Notes: a model not told the origin generated them from the sequence alone. Shown: positions 35,690 through 45,533, counted from the first letter of the stretch. The stretch is DNA of 64,000 nt from Minisyncoccota bacterium (GCA_031972855.1 DALYDY010000001.1:128048-192047), one strand, 5' to 3'. A program made the numbers and translations.

Positions 35690-37336
35690 CTTTTCAGGAG
35701 TTAATATAACGGAGTCAGGTAATTTGGTCTGGCGTATAGATACGTTCCGACCCCGACCCCTGACAGGACTTAATATAACTGAGTCATCCGTTGTAATAAT
35801 TCCTTTCTCAAAAGCTCGATCCTTTACCGGATCGGGCTTTTGCGTTGTGTTCCAAATAAGCGCGCCTGTTGCCTCAAGTCCTAACACGATTGGAGATTTA
35901 ATTGCCTCGACGATTAGCTTGTCCTCGGCTTTGAATTGGTCCCAGAAAAGCCCAAGGTACAGGCGTTTCAAATCGTCCGGTGCTTTCTGGTAGGTCTTGC
36001 CGATGTTCCGCATAAGGGCTAGTACGTCTTGGATTACATCAATCTTCAGGTTCTTTGTTTGGTCCAGTTTGTGCATTTCGTCCTCGACTCCATCAATCTG
36101 TTCTCGGTAGCGGACCTTTATTTTGGTGAACGCCGCATCGTCGATGATTCCGTTGATCAGCTTTTCTTCGGCGATCTCAAGTTTGCGCTCGAAGTTTATT
36201 TTTGATGTCATGAACTGTTTCTTTTGATTCCCGACATCGGATTTCTTTTCTTCGTAGATGTCCCGCATTTTCTTCACCACTTTATCTATGAAGTCGTCAG
36301 AGAATTGCAGTCCTTTGAATTTCTCTATGATCTGATTTTCTAAATCAAACACCTCGACGTATTTGTCGGTACATTTCTTTTGGTCATTGGACCGATTGCA
36401 GTGGTAGTACGCTTTCTTTTTCAAAGGGTGATATTCGGCCGTGTATCGTTGGCCGCACTTGTTACAAAATACAAATCCGCGCAGTAGAAAGTTATGCTTG
36501 TGCCGTCTGCATGCGTAGCGATTATTTTCCAGCATGACTCTCTGGCATTTATCAAAAAGCTCTTTGGTGATGATTGCCTCATGCTTGCCGATATCATTCA
36601 TCCCTCGCCACTCCATTCCGCCATAATAAAAAGGGCACTTGATTGTGCGAAACATTTTACTCATCGCCACTCGTTTACCCACGGTGCTGACCAGTCCTTT
36701 CTTGTAGAGCAGATCCCGAATCTCAATCAGGGAATAATCGCCGGTGCTATAGAGTTTGAATCCCTCGGCGATGAGTGGTGCGCGGATCGGGTCTGTCGTG
36801 ATGATTCTTTTCTTTTCGTCGTCGGGAGTTCCCGAGTTGAAGTATCCCATCGGTGCTTTCGTCGGCCACCATCCGTCCTTGTATTTTTGCTCCATGCTCT
36901 TGAGCGTCTTTCGGGAAGTGATCTGCGATTGCAGTTGGTTCACGCCGGCAATTATCAAGTCCATGAAGTTGCCCTCGGGCGTGTCCTCGAGTCCCGGTTG
37001 CGATACCGATATCAGTTCGACGTTGTGCTTTCGCAGGAGTGCCTTGATCGTAAGGTGGTCCCCGGCATTACGGGCGAGTCGGTCCGTATCTTGGACGAAG
37101 ATCGCGCCGATGCTCTTATCCTCTTGGATACGGATCAACATGTCTTGAAGTCCGGGGCGATTCATGTTGGTCGCGCTCTTGCCCGGGTCCTTGTAGACAC
37201 CGTCGTCGGCAAGCTTGAAGGTTTTCATATCTTCAATGCCGCGCTCGCAGAGGCGCAGTTGGGTTTTTAATGAGTGCCGTTCGTCACCGGCTTGTTCATC
37301 GGTGGAAACTCGGCAGTAAATGAGAGCTTTATTCAT
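35660..37336 (-). CDS. Large serine recombinase (resolvase/invertase catalytic domain + recombinase domain + zinc ribbon)
   Basis: N-terminal YCRVSTDEQ catalytic-Ser motif, resolvase-domain conserved Arg/Asp residues, central recombinase domain, C-terminal Cys cluster (CNKCGQ...HCNRS). Start taken at MNKALIYCRVS. The open frame continues antisense through the tRNA-His 3' end before the first stop. Confidence 0.8.
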   Translation of the reverse strand: MNKALIYCRVSTDEQAGDERHSLKTQLRLCERGIEDMKTFKLADDGVYKDPGKSATNMNRPGLQDMLIRIQEDKSIGAIFVQDTDRLARNAGDHLTIKALLRKHNVELISVSQPGLEDTPEGNFMDLIIAGVNQLQSQITSRKTLKSMEQKYKDGWWPTKAPMGYFNSGTPDDEKKRIITTDPIRAPLIAEGFKLYSTGDYSLIEIRDLLYKKGLVSTVGKRVAMSKMFRTIKCPFYYGGMEWRGMNDIGKHEAIITKELFDKCQRVMLENNRYACRRHKHNFLLRGFVFCNKCGQRYTAEYHPLKKKAYYHCNRSNDQKKCTDKYVEVFDLENQIIEKFKGLQFSDDFIDKVVKKMRDIYEEKKSDVGNQKKQFMTSKINFERKLEIAEEKLINGIIDDAAFTKIKVRYREQIDGVEDEMHKLDQTKNLKIDVIQDVLALMRNIGKTYQKAPDDLKRLYLGLFWDQFKAEDKLIVEAIKSPIVLGLEATGALIWNTTQKPDPVKDRAFEKGIITTDDSVILSPVRGRGRNVSIRQTKLPDSVILTPEKGDYWESNPD

Positions 37337-37509
37337 GGTAATTGTAATAGTTAGCTGATAAGGGCAATGCGACGACATTATGCTAGGAACACGGGATATA
37401 GCAATGGTGGGTTTTGTTTTTGTGTCGTATATGTGGTCATTTTTATCGTTTTTCACTACTGGCTTAACTGACGTTATTTTGAAATGGTCCTTATTTCATG
37501 GGCTATTAA

Positions 37510-37869
37510 CTACAGAAATCCGTCATGTCTGTTCCGAGGGTCGATCCAGTCGCCCGGGTACTCTCTGATGATTTCATTGAGTTTCTGTCGCAACTGCGCC
37601 ATTTCAACAGAAAACTGTTCAAGCCGTTCTTTCCATCGGTCAAACTGCGGTCGCTTTTCACGGAGTACTGTCTGTTCTTTCGTAAGGCGTTCGAATGCTT
37701 TCCACATCAGCTTTGTTGCATATGCTCGGTTGAGGTTGTATCCCTTTTCTTTGAGGTAATAGCAAAGCGCACGAGCGCTCATGCTCGTATCTTTGGATAC
37801 GATGTCATAGATGATATCGATATGGTGGTTTGTTTGTTCTGATGAGTATTTCATGGATTGTGAAAACAA
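37510..37869 (-). CDS. Hypothetical small HTH/coiled-coil protein (possible transposase-OrfA-like or recombination accessory factor)
   Basis: 119 aa, GC-rich codon usage like the island; basic helical N-terminus. Weak similarity only. Confidence 0.3.
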   Translation of the reverse strand: MFSQSMKYSSEQTNHHIDIIYDIVSKDTSMSARALCYYLKEKGYNLNRAYATKLMWKAFERLTKEQTVLREKRPQFDRWKERLEQFSVEMAQLRQKLNEIIREYPGDWIDPRNRHDGFL

Positions 37870-38030
37870 AATTCATTCTGGCTTATTCGCTGTTTGGTGG
37901 CTTGTGATGGATTGTCATTCGGTGTTTTCTTAGGGTTTTCAGTATTTTTTGGCACGCGCGTTAGGTTTCTTTTTTTATTTCCTTTATTTTCTTTCTTACC
38001 CCCTCGAAAGTGTTCGGTATGCTGAACACC

Positions 38031-38504
38031 TTATAGCGGTTTAACCCTGAATTTATCAGTAAGATTCTTGATTCCGTCTTGTAAATTTGAACGGTCTTGC
38101 TGTTCATTCTGTCGAATGTTCTGTTCTGTAGGTTGAATCCCTTGTTCGATACACCGAAATCCCTGTTCAGCTTGCCGAACCGAGGCTTGATAAATCCAGA
38201 AGTAATTCACACCTGTTTTATTTTTCGGGAGCTTAATAAGGAACCCTTTCTCGGCGAGTGACTTTCTGGTTTCACTGATCTTGCCACGGGACCAGTTTGG
38301 CAAGCAGTGATCTTTGATGTCTTGAAGTGATAAGTCCTCGATGATACCAAACCGCTCCTCGTCGCGTTTATCCCATCGTGCATGGGTCACATACATGTCG
38401 AAAAGCCGATACTCCTGATCGGTCATCACTTTTTTGTATTCGATAGCCATATATCTATATAGCTTTAGGTAGCCTACGTGTTTTTTCTTCATGTTCATTT
38501 TCAT
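38031..38504 (-). CDS. Hypothetical protein (157 aa)
   Basis: ORF with island-like composition. Confidence 0.35.
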   Translation of the reverse strand: MKMNMKKKHVGYLKLYRYMAIEYKKVMTDQEYRLFDMYVTHARWDKRDEERFGIIEDLSLQDIKDHCLPNWSRGKISETRKSLAEKGFLIKLPKNKTGVNYFWIYQASVRQAEQGFRCIEQGIQPTEQNIRQNEQQDRSNLQDGIKNLTDKFRVKPL

Positions 38505-38618
38505 GCTCGATTTGCATCAAGAGGATTTGGGCGAGACGTTCGACAAAGAAATCCAAGTCTTTTGGATTCAAGGGGACCTGTACAGGGACCGGTTTGTTGT
38601 CGAGCGTCTGGTCCATAA

Positions 38619-38876
38619 TTAATTTACCTCGTAGAGGCGGGTCTTTAACGCTTTGATCTGGTCAAAGTAAGCGCGCGGTTCGACCGACAGCTGACGCTTT
38701 TGGAATTCTGAAACAATGTCTTCAAGTTCCGGAGTCCGGGCGAATATGAATTGCGCTCGCCTCGGTACACTCTTGTCGACATCTTCGAGTGGCACGAACA
38801 GCGAAATTGCCGCCGCGCACGCGAGGTCTGAAGTTTGGTACATAGATTTTTGATTAATAATAATTTTCATAGTCAT
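38619..38876 (-). CDS. Hypothetical protein (85 aa)
   Basis: ORF only. Confidence 0.3.
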   Translation of the reverse strand: MTMKIIINQKSMYQTSDLACAAAISLFVPLEDVDKSVPRRAQFIFARTPELEDIVSEFQKRQLSVEPRAYFDQIKALKTRLYEVN

Positions 38877-39354
38877 TTTTCAAAGAGCTAGCTGAAAACA
38901 AAAAAGAGGACTTGCAACGCAAATCCAATATTGATGGATATGCATCACAAGTCCTCCGGGGTATTCGGCCAGACTTCGAACATTAGTTGTGAAAAGACTA
39001 CTCTCAAATCGTAGCGCGGACCGCTAATGAAGCGCAACTCCTGACAGTGTGGACAAAGTAGTATGCCTAGTGAACCACTTAAAGATTTTATCTTTACGTC
39101 ATAACAACTTTTTGGAATCGAATTGGCCGTATGAGGAGAGCAATAGAACACTTGTTTTTAAAAAGGCAAACAGTGGAGAGATTCCCTGTAGGCTTAGTCT
39201 GGTATCTATAACACCGTGGGGATAACCGATAAAGGTTGTAGATATGCGACAAGTAAAATCTAAAATAACCCTTATTTAAAAGGGCTATTTTTGGAATAGG
39301 GGTCTCTTGTAAATAACTATTTGCAAGTAAAGGCACTTTCTTGTATACTTATGT

Positions 39355-40821
39355 TTGCAAGTGAAAAAGCCTATGAAAACAGAGCAAAAACAAAAAATCT
39401 TTGAATTTATACAGGACCAGATCGCAAATGCTGACTTTAGAATCAAGGCATACGTATTTGATGAGTCCGGGAAGAAGCGTCTCGGGCGTAACTGCTTTGT
39501 GAAGCTTGATATGCATGTACAGAACTTCCTACAAGGAAAATCTCCTATTCGATGGATAACCATGTATGGCTTACGTGGTGCCGGCAAAACTACCTTACTT
39601 GCTCAGTTGTATGAGCAGACGAAAATTGAGAGCAAAAGAAAATTATTTTTATCAGTGGATCAGGCGGTTGGAATTTTTGGAGTTAGTCTCAAAGATATTC
39701 TTGATGTCTACGAAGAATCGCTTGGTACATCCTTCGAACGTCTCACGGAACCAGTCTTCCTTTTTCTTGATGAGGTTCAATACGATGAGAAGTGGGCTCT
39801 ATTACTCAAAACGATTTATGATCGCAGTAGCAAGGTTTTTATTATTGCGACAGGTTCGTCTGCGCTTTCGCTACAAGCGAGTCCTGATGTTGCACGACGC
39901 GCAATTTTTGAAAAACTTTTCCCGATGAGCTTCACGGAATATATAAAGATTAAAAATCAAAAGACAGAAATTCGGGGACTTGCCAAGGAACTACGCGAGG
40001 CGATTTTTAATTCCAAAGATGCTAAAGAGGTTCACACACGTCTTAAGGGTTTGGAAGTAAAAGCTCGGCAGTATTGGTTAGATATAGAACGGAAAGAGAT
40101 TGATTCATATATGCAATATGGGACACTGCCTTTTATGATCGCTCTGAATAATGAGGCAATGGTCTACGATCAAATCAAGAAGACCCTTGAGCGTGTTATC
40201 AGTATTGATATTCCACATATAAATCAATTTTCAGCAGAGACTATATCCAAGATACCAATGGTGCTTTATGCACTTGCAGAAACGGACCAGTTGAGCTTGA
40301 GCAGTCTCGCTGATAAAGGCGAGCTTGATATTAGCCGTCCAGTGCTTACAGCCGTTCTCGAAACTCTGGAAAGAACAGAAACGATTTGGCGTATTTACCC
40401 TCATGGGTCGCATGTAACACAAACAACTCGTCAGCCATCAAAATATCTTTTTACGAGCCCAGCGTTTCGGTCCATGTATTTTAATTTTATAGGAAACACA
40501 AGGACCCACGATACCTATAAAGGGAAAATACTTGAAGATACTGTCGGTCTTTATCTTAATCGCATATTCTCGGGCAAGCCCGACACTTCCGTAACGTACG
40601 ACAGTGCCGCCGGCGGAGCTGATTTCATTATTCGTCAAAGTAAAGACATGATTGTATTGGAAGTCGGGTACGGCGATAAATCGTTTAGGCAAGTTGTAAC
40701 TACAATGGCAAAGGTCGGAGTAAATGCTCGATACGGCATAGTTGTGTCGCAAAGTCCGCTTGCCTTAGATGAAGAGAAAAATGCAGTAAGTATCCCACTC
40801 TCTTATTTTTTGTTGATGTAA
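39355..40821 (+). CDS. AAA+ superfamily ATPase (COG1373/DUF4143-type)
   Basis: Walker A GLRGAGKTTLLAQL, Walker B FLDEVQY, C-terminal DUF4143-like region; 488 aa. Confidence 0.65.
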   Translation: MQVKKPMKTEQKQKIFEFIQDQIANADFRIKAYVFDESGKKRLGRNCFVKLDMHVQNFLQGKSPIRWITMYGLRGAGKTTLLAQLYEQTKIESKRKLFLSVDQAVGIFGVSLKDILDVYEESLGTSFERLTEPVFLFLDEVQYDEKWALLLKTIYDRSSKVFIIATGSSALSLQASPDVARRAIFEKLFPMSFTEYIKIKNQKTEIRGLAKELREAIFNSKDAKEVHTRLKGLEVKARQYWLDIERKEIDSYMQYGTLPFMIALNNEAMVYDQIKKTLERVISIDIPHINQFSAETISKIPMVLYALAETDQLSLSSLADKGELDISRPVLTAVLETLERTETIWRIYPHGSHVTQTTRQPSKYLFTSPAFRSMYFNFIGNTRTHDTYKGKILEDTVGLYLNRIFSGKPDTSVTYDSAAGGADFIIRQSKDMIVLEVGYGDKSFRQVVTTMAKVGVNARYGIVVSQSPLALDEEKNAVSIPLSYFLLM

Positions 40822-40845
40822 AGATCCAGAATAATTAAAATTACT

Positions 40846-41034
40846 ATGAAAATCGACAACCAAGAAAACAAAAAAGAACTCTACATCAAATGCGTAAAAT
40901 GCGGTGATGAGATTTTTTGGAATACGCACAAACAACTAACTTACTGCACATGTAAGGCTATTTATGTTGATGGCTGCGAGGGTTATATCCGGGTCGGCGG
41001 AAATAAAGAGGATCACGTTGAGATTCAAAAATAG
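40846..41034 (+). CDS. Small zinc-ribbon protein
   Basis: CVKCGDE...CTCKAIYVDGCEG Cys pattern; 62 aa. Confidence 0.4.
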   Translation: MKIDNQENKKELYIKCVKCGDEIFWNTHKQLTYCTCKAIYVDGCEGYIRVGGNKEDHVEIQK

Positions 41035-41039
41035 ATCAC

Positions 41040-41372
41040 ATGAATAATCAAAAGATAGAAATTATAAGACAACCAGTATTTAAACCTTTTGAAAGTAGAA
41101 TGGTTCTTTGCGCTGATCCTGTTATCAAAATAAGCGATAAAGAAAAAATAGCCCGCTTTGCTATTTCTATGGTTGATACATCTGTTTTACAGTTGGGAGA
41201 TAATTTTGAAAAATTAAACAAAATGATTAGAGATACTCTCCAGGACGGTGTTCAAGAAAATTTTGAAATAGATGGTGTTTACTACTTTGAATACACAGGT
41301 AGTCATTTCCAACAATTAGATGGGAAACCAGATTGGGCTAATGATTTCTATAGACAAGGTATAAATATTTAA
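41040..41372 (+). CDS. Hypothetical protein (110 aa)
   Basis: ORF only; 6-bp intergenic gaps on both sides (operonic). Confidence 0.35.
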   Translation: MNNQKIEIIRQPVFKPFESRMVLCADPVIKISDKEKIARFAISMVDTSVLQLGDNFEKLNKMIRDTLQDGVQENFEIDGVYYFEYTGSHFQQLDGKPDWANDFYRQGINI

Positions 41373-41377
41373 AATTT

Positions 41378-42847
41378 ATGGGATGGATAATTTTCATTGG
41401 AATAGTTATTTACTTCATTTACAGCTCTTCAAAAAGCACAGGTACTTCAGCGTCTCCATCTAAGCCTCACTACTCGAAGCCTTATAGCAAGCCCGCAGTT
41501 GTTGTAAATAAAAAACTAAATGAGGATCAGTTACTTGTTGAAAAAATAACGCTTAGCGAAGAGCAGCAGACCCTGTTCGATAAAATCGAACATAGCACCG
41601 ATCACTTCTTCATTACAGGTAAGGCGGGGACCGGTAAGTCAGTGTTGTTGCAGTATTTGAAATTCAAATCAAAGAAACGCTTGGTTGTTGGTGCTTTTAC
41701 CGGAGTCGCTGCACTGAACGTAGGAGGCCAGACCTTGAATTCGTTATTCGAATTGCCGACGGGTTTCATAGATTTAAGTCGCTTAACAGTAAGCGGTCGA
41801 GTTTCCACTTTGATGAGGCACGTTGATACTGTCGTCATCGATGAGATATCTATGGTCCGGGCTGATATGATGGGTGCCATTGATGTAATTCTTCGACAGG
41901 CGCGCAAGAATGACGTTCCATTCGGCGGAGTTCAAATGGTCATGTTTGGGGACCTTTACCAATTACCTCCCGTTGTGGCCGACGAAGCACTGCATCAGTA
42001 TTTTGCCCATAATCATGGTGGTCCTTATTTTTTTAATGCTGATGTCTGGCAGAGAGCAACACTTCACACTTTCGAACTGAGTCATATTTTCCGTCAGCAG
42101 GATGATGAGGAATTCAAAGCTATTCTTAATTCAGTACGAAAAAATCAAATAGAAGATACTGTCCTTTCATCCTTGAATCAACGGCACGTTGACCAGGTAC
42201 CCACTGACGGAGTCGTTACGCTTGCAACTCGCAACGCTGTGGTTGATCGAATAAACAATGATCGCCTGGCTCGACTTGGCGGTGAGTTGTATGAATATCG
42301 CGCAGATGTTTCTGGGAATTTAGAACGATCTGCGTTTCCAGCTGAAGAATTCTTACGACTCAAAAAGGGTGCTCAGGTGATGCTCCTCAAAAATGATCCA
42401 GAGAAGCGATGGGTAAATGGTACGGTCGGTGTGGTTGAGTCGTTGTCATCGTCTGAAATAAAGGTCCGCATTAATGGCGAAATTATTTATTCGATCCCGC
42501 GAGCAACCTGGACCAAAATTCGCTATTTCTACGATACTGAAACAAGAAAAATCGAAGAGGAAGTTTTGAGCTCATTTACTCAATTCCCACTTCGCTTGGC
42601 ATGGGCGTTCACGATTCACAAATCCCAAGGTAAAACATACAATGCTGTCGTCGTAAATATGGAGGGAGGTGCTTTTGCTCACGGACAAACGTATGTTGCG
42701 CTCAGTCGTTGCACTTCTCTTAACGGACTATATCTGACCCAGCCTATCGAAAGAGATGATATAAAAGTTGATCCGGTCGTAGTCAGCTTTATGGAACAAA
42801 TTACATTAGAGACTATTAATCCTGATGTACAAACACAAATTATATGA
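41378..42847 (+). CDS. PIF1/RecD-family (SF1B) DNA helicase
   Basis: Walker A GKAGTGKSVLL, VVIDEISMV (Walker B), GDLYQLPPV (Pif1 motif III), C-terminal SF1 helicase motifs (AFTIHKSQG...YVALSR); N-terminal TM segment. Confidence 0.8.
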   Translation: MGWIIFIGIVIYFIYSSSKSTGTSASPSKPHYSKPYSKPAVVVNKKLNEDQLLVEKITLSEEQQTLFDKIEHSTDHFFITGKAGTGKSVLLQYLKFKSKKRLVVGAFTGVAALNVGGQTLNSLFELPTGFIDLSRLTVSGRVSTLMRHVDTVVIDEISMVRADMMGAIDVILRQARKNDVPFGGVQMVMFGDLYQLPPVVADEALHQYFAHNHGGPYFFNADVWQRATLHTFELSHIFRQQDDEEFKAILNSVRKNQIEDTVLSSLNQRHVDQVPTDGVVTLATRNAVVDRINNDRLARLGGELYEYRADVSGNLERSAFPAEEFLRLKKGAQVMLLKNDPEKRWVNGTVGVVESLSSSEIKVRINGEIIYSIPRATWTKIRYFYDTETRKIEEEVLSSFTQFPLRLAWAFTIHKSQGKTYNAVVVNMEGGAFAHGQTYVALSRCTSLNGLYLTQPIERDDIKVDPVVVSFMEQITLETINPDVQTQII

Positions 42848-44226
42848 AAAATAACATCTACCCAATTATCGGCATGAGTCCAGGCAATAGCTACTTCAAG
42901 GATGAAGAGATTAAATATCTTCTCAAGACCGCAGTAGACCGCTATGGAAAGGTTGCTGTGATGATTGCTGACATCCCTGCAATCTCGACATATGTCGCAC
43001 TCGGCTATCCTGAAAATCGTGCGCGGCGCGATAAGGCCCTGCCACAAGGAAATCTTTTGAAAAATAGAACTGAGCGGGCCGTCGTCCAACTCGGATACAC
43101 AAAGGATCAGGTAAGGATTATTGATTGGGAAAATGAAATAGAACCGAATGAAAATTACAAAAAGTCGTATAAGTATATTCGGCATCTTTATGAATCAAAC
43201 AAGCAATTTGAACATGATGCCGATGAGACAACTAAGGGTGTCGTCACTGGTTCAAAGAAAGAAATTAAAGATATAGATGTTGCGGTAAAAACTGCGGTCC
43301 ACTACTTGCTTTCAGAATTTGCTTTTCTTGATTTTGCACCCGGATTTTTAGGAGCTGAAAAAATCACCTATATTTATCACAAAAATTGGCCTGTGTATGA
43401 AAACTATATTGCAGGAAAGTATGACGGGAAATCAAAAGACCATGTCGATTTCCTACTCATGGAAAATCCATGGGAGACGTATCGTTCAGTGTGGGGTGAT
43501 GAGGATAATGAGAATGGAAGTTATACATCCGCCCTTGATCGTGTAGAAAAGACAAAGACGCTCCGTGTAGCTTTCACAAACTATCCACCCGCGTTATTTT
43601 ATAATCACGAAACCGATACTTTCTCGGGTATTTTCTATGAGATTATTACTGCAATAGCAGAAAAGCATGGTTGGCAGATTAAGTGGAGCGAAGAGACAGG
43701 ATATGGTGTTGTAATTGATGGATTGGACCATAATCGCTTTGATCTGTTTGGGAGCACTGTTTGGCCGACACCTGAGCGAAAAGAGAAAGCGTCTTTTTCA
43801 AAATCTATGTATACAAGCGAGGCATATCCATGGACGTTTCCAGGATTTGAGTATGAAAAGCTTAAAGATAGTCCTGATCTAAGGGTTGTGGTGAAAGAAA
43901 ACGATATCTCTCATTCGATTGCAATGGCTGATTTTCCAAAAGCACGACTGGTATTTGTACCGCAGCTTTCGGACCCTCAAGAATTGCTGCAATTTGTAGC
44001 TGACGGAAAAGGGGACGTGACGTTTGCAGAAATTAACCTTGTGGAAATTTTTATAAAAGCGAAACAAAAGAAATTGGTACAGGCAACAAGTAGTCCTATT
44101 CGCGTATATGAAAATACTTTTGTTTTCAAAAAAGACGATCCCTCATTAAAAAATCTTATTGATGAAGAAATCGTAGCCATGGTTGCTAGTGGTAAAATGG
44201 AAAAGTTGATAGAAAAATATCTTTAA
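42844..44226 (+). CDS. Two-domain protein: N-terminal cyclodipeptide synthase (CDPS, tRNA-dependent)-like domain fused to C-terminal family-3 solute-binding-protein (SBP_bac_3)-like domain
   Basis: N-terminal ~235 aa align motif-by-motif with YvmC/AlbC-type CDPSs: IIGMSPGNSYFKDEEI vs VGISPFNSRFSEDYI, VAVMIADIPAISTYVALG vs VSVLLAGHEAANLLEALG, AVHYLLSEFAFLDFAPGFLGAEKITYIYH vs [29 protein letters not shown] (catalytic Tyr/Glu positions conserved). C-terminal ~225 aa match amino-acid-binding SBP family 3: LRVAFTNYPPALFY...GIFYEIITAIAEKHGWQIKW...RFDLFGSTVWPTPERKEKASFSKSMY. ATGA start/stop overlap with the helicase gene. Confidence 0.65.
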   Translation: MKNNIYPIIGMSPGNSYFKDEEIKYLLKTAVDRYGKVAVMIADIPAISTYVALGYPENRARRDKALPQGNLLKNRTERAVVQLGYTKDQVRIIDWENEIEPNENYKKSYKYIRHLYESNKQFEHDADETTKGVVTGSKKEIKDIDVAVKTAVHYLLSEFAFLDFAPGFLGAEKITYIYHKNWPVYENYIAGKYDGKSKDHVDFLLMENPWETYRSVWGDEDNENGSYTSALDRVEKTKTLRVAFTNYPPALFYNHETDTFSGIFYEIITAIAEKHGWQIKWSEETGYGVVIDGLDHNRFDLFGSTVWPTPERKEKASFSKSMYTSEAYPWTFPGFEYEKLKDSPDLRVVVKENDISHSIAMADFPKARLVFVPQLSDPQELLQFVADGKGDVTFAEINLVEIFIKAKQKKLVQATSSPIRVYENTFVFKKDDPSLKNLIDEEIVAMVASGKMEKLIEKYL

Positions 44227-44240
44227 CACATAATTAATTC

Positions 44241-44768
44241 ATGACACTACTTATTTTCCAAATTCTCTCAAGCGTTTTTGGTTTTGCAAACAAACTCTTG
44301 CTGTATCTTGGGAAACGAACGGGTTGGATTTTGGGATTTCTGGCGGGAGTATTTTTTGTCGTTTATTTTTTCCTAATCGGATTTACTGTATATGCATTCG
44401 TACAAATAGGATTTAGTCTTTTGATGCTGTATGGATATTTTTCTCATACAGGAATCTCTAAAAATGCAAGAATTTTTGCCACCGTAATTTTATCTTTAAT
44501 CGCTATTATTATTTGCTTTATAACGTTTAACGGCAAACTGACTTTACTTGAAGCAACTTCAGCTTTATTGGCCTCATGGGGCACATACTATCTTGCATCA
44601 AAGAATAATATAAAAGGGTGGGGCATGTACCTTATTGCTCATTTTATCCTTATTTATCTAACCATCATAAAACAACAATATATTTTTGCCTTGTTTCAAG
44701 GGTTGTCAGCAGTCGTTTCGATCTTAGGAATTATTAGATCAGGAGATACTAAAACGAAGGGTTTCTAA
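44241..44768 (+). CDS. Small multi-TM membrane protein (possible PnuC-like transporter; uncertain)
   Basis: 175 aa, 5-6 TM helices, directly downstream of the CDPS-SBP fusion gene. Confidence 0.3.
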   Translation: MTLLIFQILSSVFGFANKLLLYLGKRTGWILGFLAGVFFVVYFFLIGFTVYAFVQIGFSLLMLYGYFSHTGISKNARIFATVILSLIAIIICFITFNGKLTLLEATSALLASWGTYYLASKNNIKGWGMYLIAHFILIYLTIIKQQYIFALFQGLSAVVSILGIIRSGDTKTKGF

Positions 44769-44785
44769 AAGTTTAACTATTAAAA

Positions 44786-44821
44786 AAACCTCATGTTGAA
44801 TTTATACAACATGAGGTTTAA
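44786..44821. terminator. Bidirectional hairpin terminator
   Basis: aaacctcatgttg-aatttataca-acatgaggttt. Confidence 0.7.
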
Positions 44822-44850
44822 CTTTTGATGAAGAGGATTAAACTGTCATC

Positions 44851-45423
44851 TCAGTTCATTTGAGCTTTAATACCGAAAACTTCGCCACCATACGCAAACA
44901 CCTGTTCATCTAACACCTTGATCAAGCTGGAAAGTACTTTGTCTTTCTTTTTTGAATGGGCAAAGATGATGTTTTCAACCGAGATGACAATCTCACCTTT
45001 TTTGAGCTTATTGACACTTTTTTCAAAACTGCCATCGCTATAAGGTATAGATTGGGTAATGATAGTATCAGCGGTTGCTTGTTCAATTTTAATTACGCAA
45101 CTGCCACTCATTCCACTCATCCTGCCTTCAATGCTGTAACGGGCATTTACTATGCGGTTGCCTACACTATCTCTTTGATATGCATCAGGGTCTTTCCATT
45201 CAATGTTGGTTCCAACTGTAGGGAAGTATTTTTTCGCAGTATCGACCATTAAGGCAAACACTGAATCCAATACTTCATTTTTAACAATTTTTGCTTCCAC
45301 CTTTGGAACCTCCTTTGCTACGGGGACCGGAGCGAGAGTGTCATTTCTACTTTCTGGCTCATTAGAGCAAGATGTCATACATAAAGCGATAAACGCAATA
45401 GAAAGATTAAGTAACTTTTTCAT
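44851..45423 (-). CDS. Lipoprotein (hypothetical)
   Basis: Signal peptide with lipobox LCMTSC. Confidence 0.5.
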   Translation of the reverse strand: MKKLLNLSIAFIALCMTSCSNEPESRNDTLAPVPVAKEVPKVEAKIVKNEVLDSVFALMVDTAKKYFPTVGTNIEWKDPDAYQRDSVGNRIVNARYSIEGRMSGMSGSCVIKIEQATADTIITQSIPYSDGSFEKSVNKLKKGEIVISVENIIFAHSKKKDKVLSSLIKVLDEQVFAYGGEVFGIKAQMN

Positions 45424-45533
45424 TTGTTATTTGGTTTTGATTGTTTGAAAAGAACGAATTTCACTGTCAACCCACAACGTTTTGTTATGAACTGAATAAT
45501 GAAGGGAGCTACTTTATTCACTCCCTTTGAGGT

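Noticed and set aside
35724-37270. Long plus-strand ORFs (35724..35993, 36494..37270, 36756..37148) inside the serine recombinase gene
   Set aside because: Antisense frames in GC-rich foreign DNA stay open by chance. The minus-strand recombinase has clear catalytic motifs.
42679-43185. 168-aa minus-strand ORF spanning the helicase/CDPS-fusion junction
   Set aside because: Antisense to two motif-supported, translationally coupled plus-strand genes.
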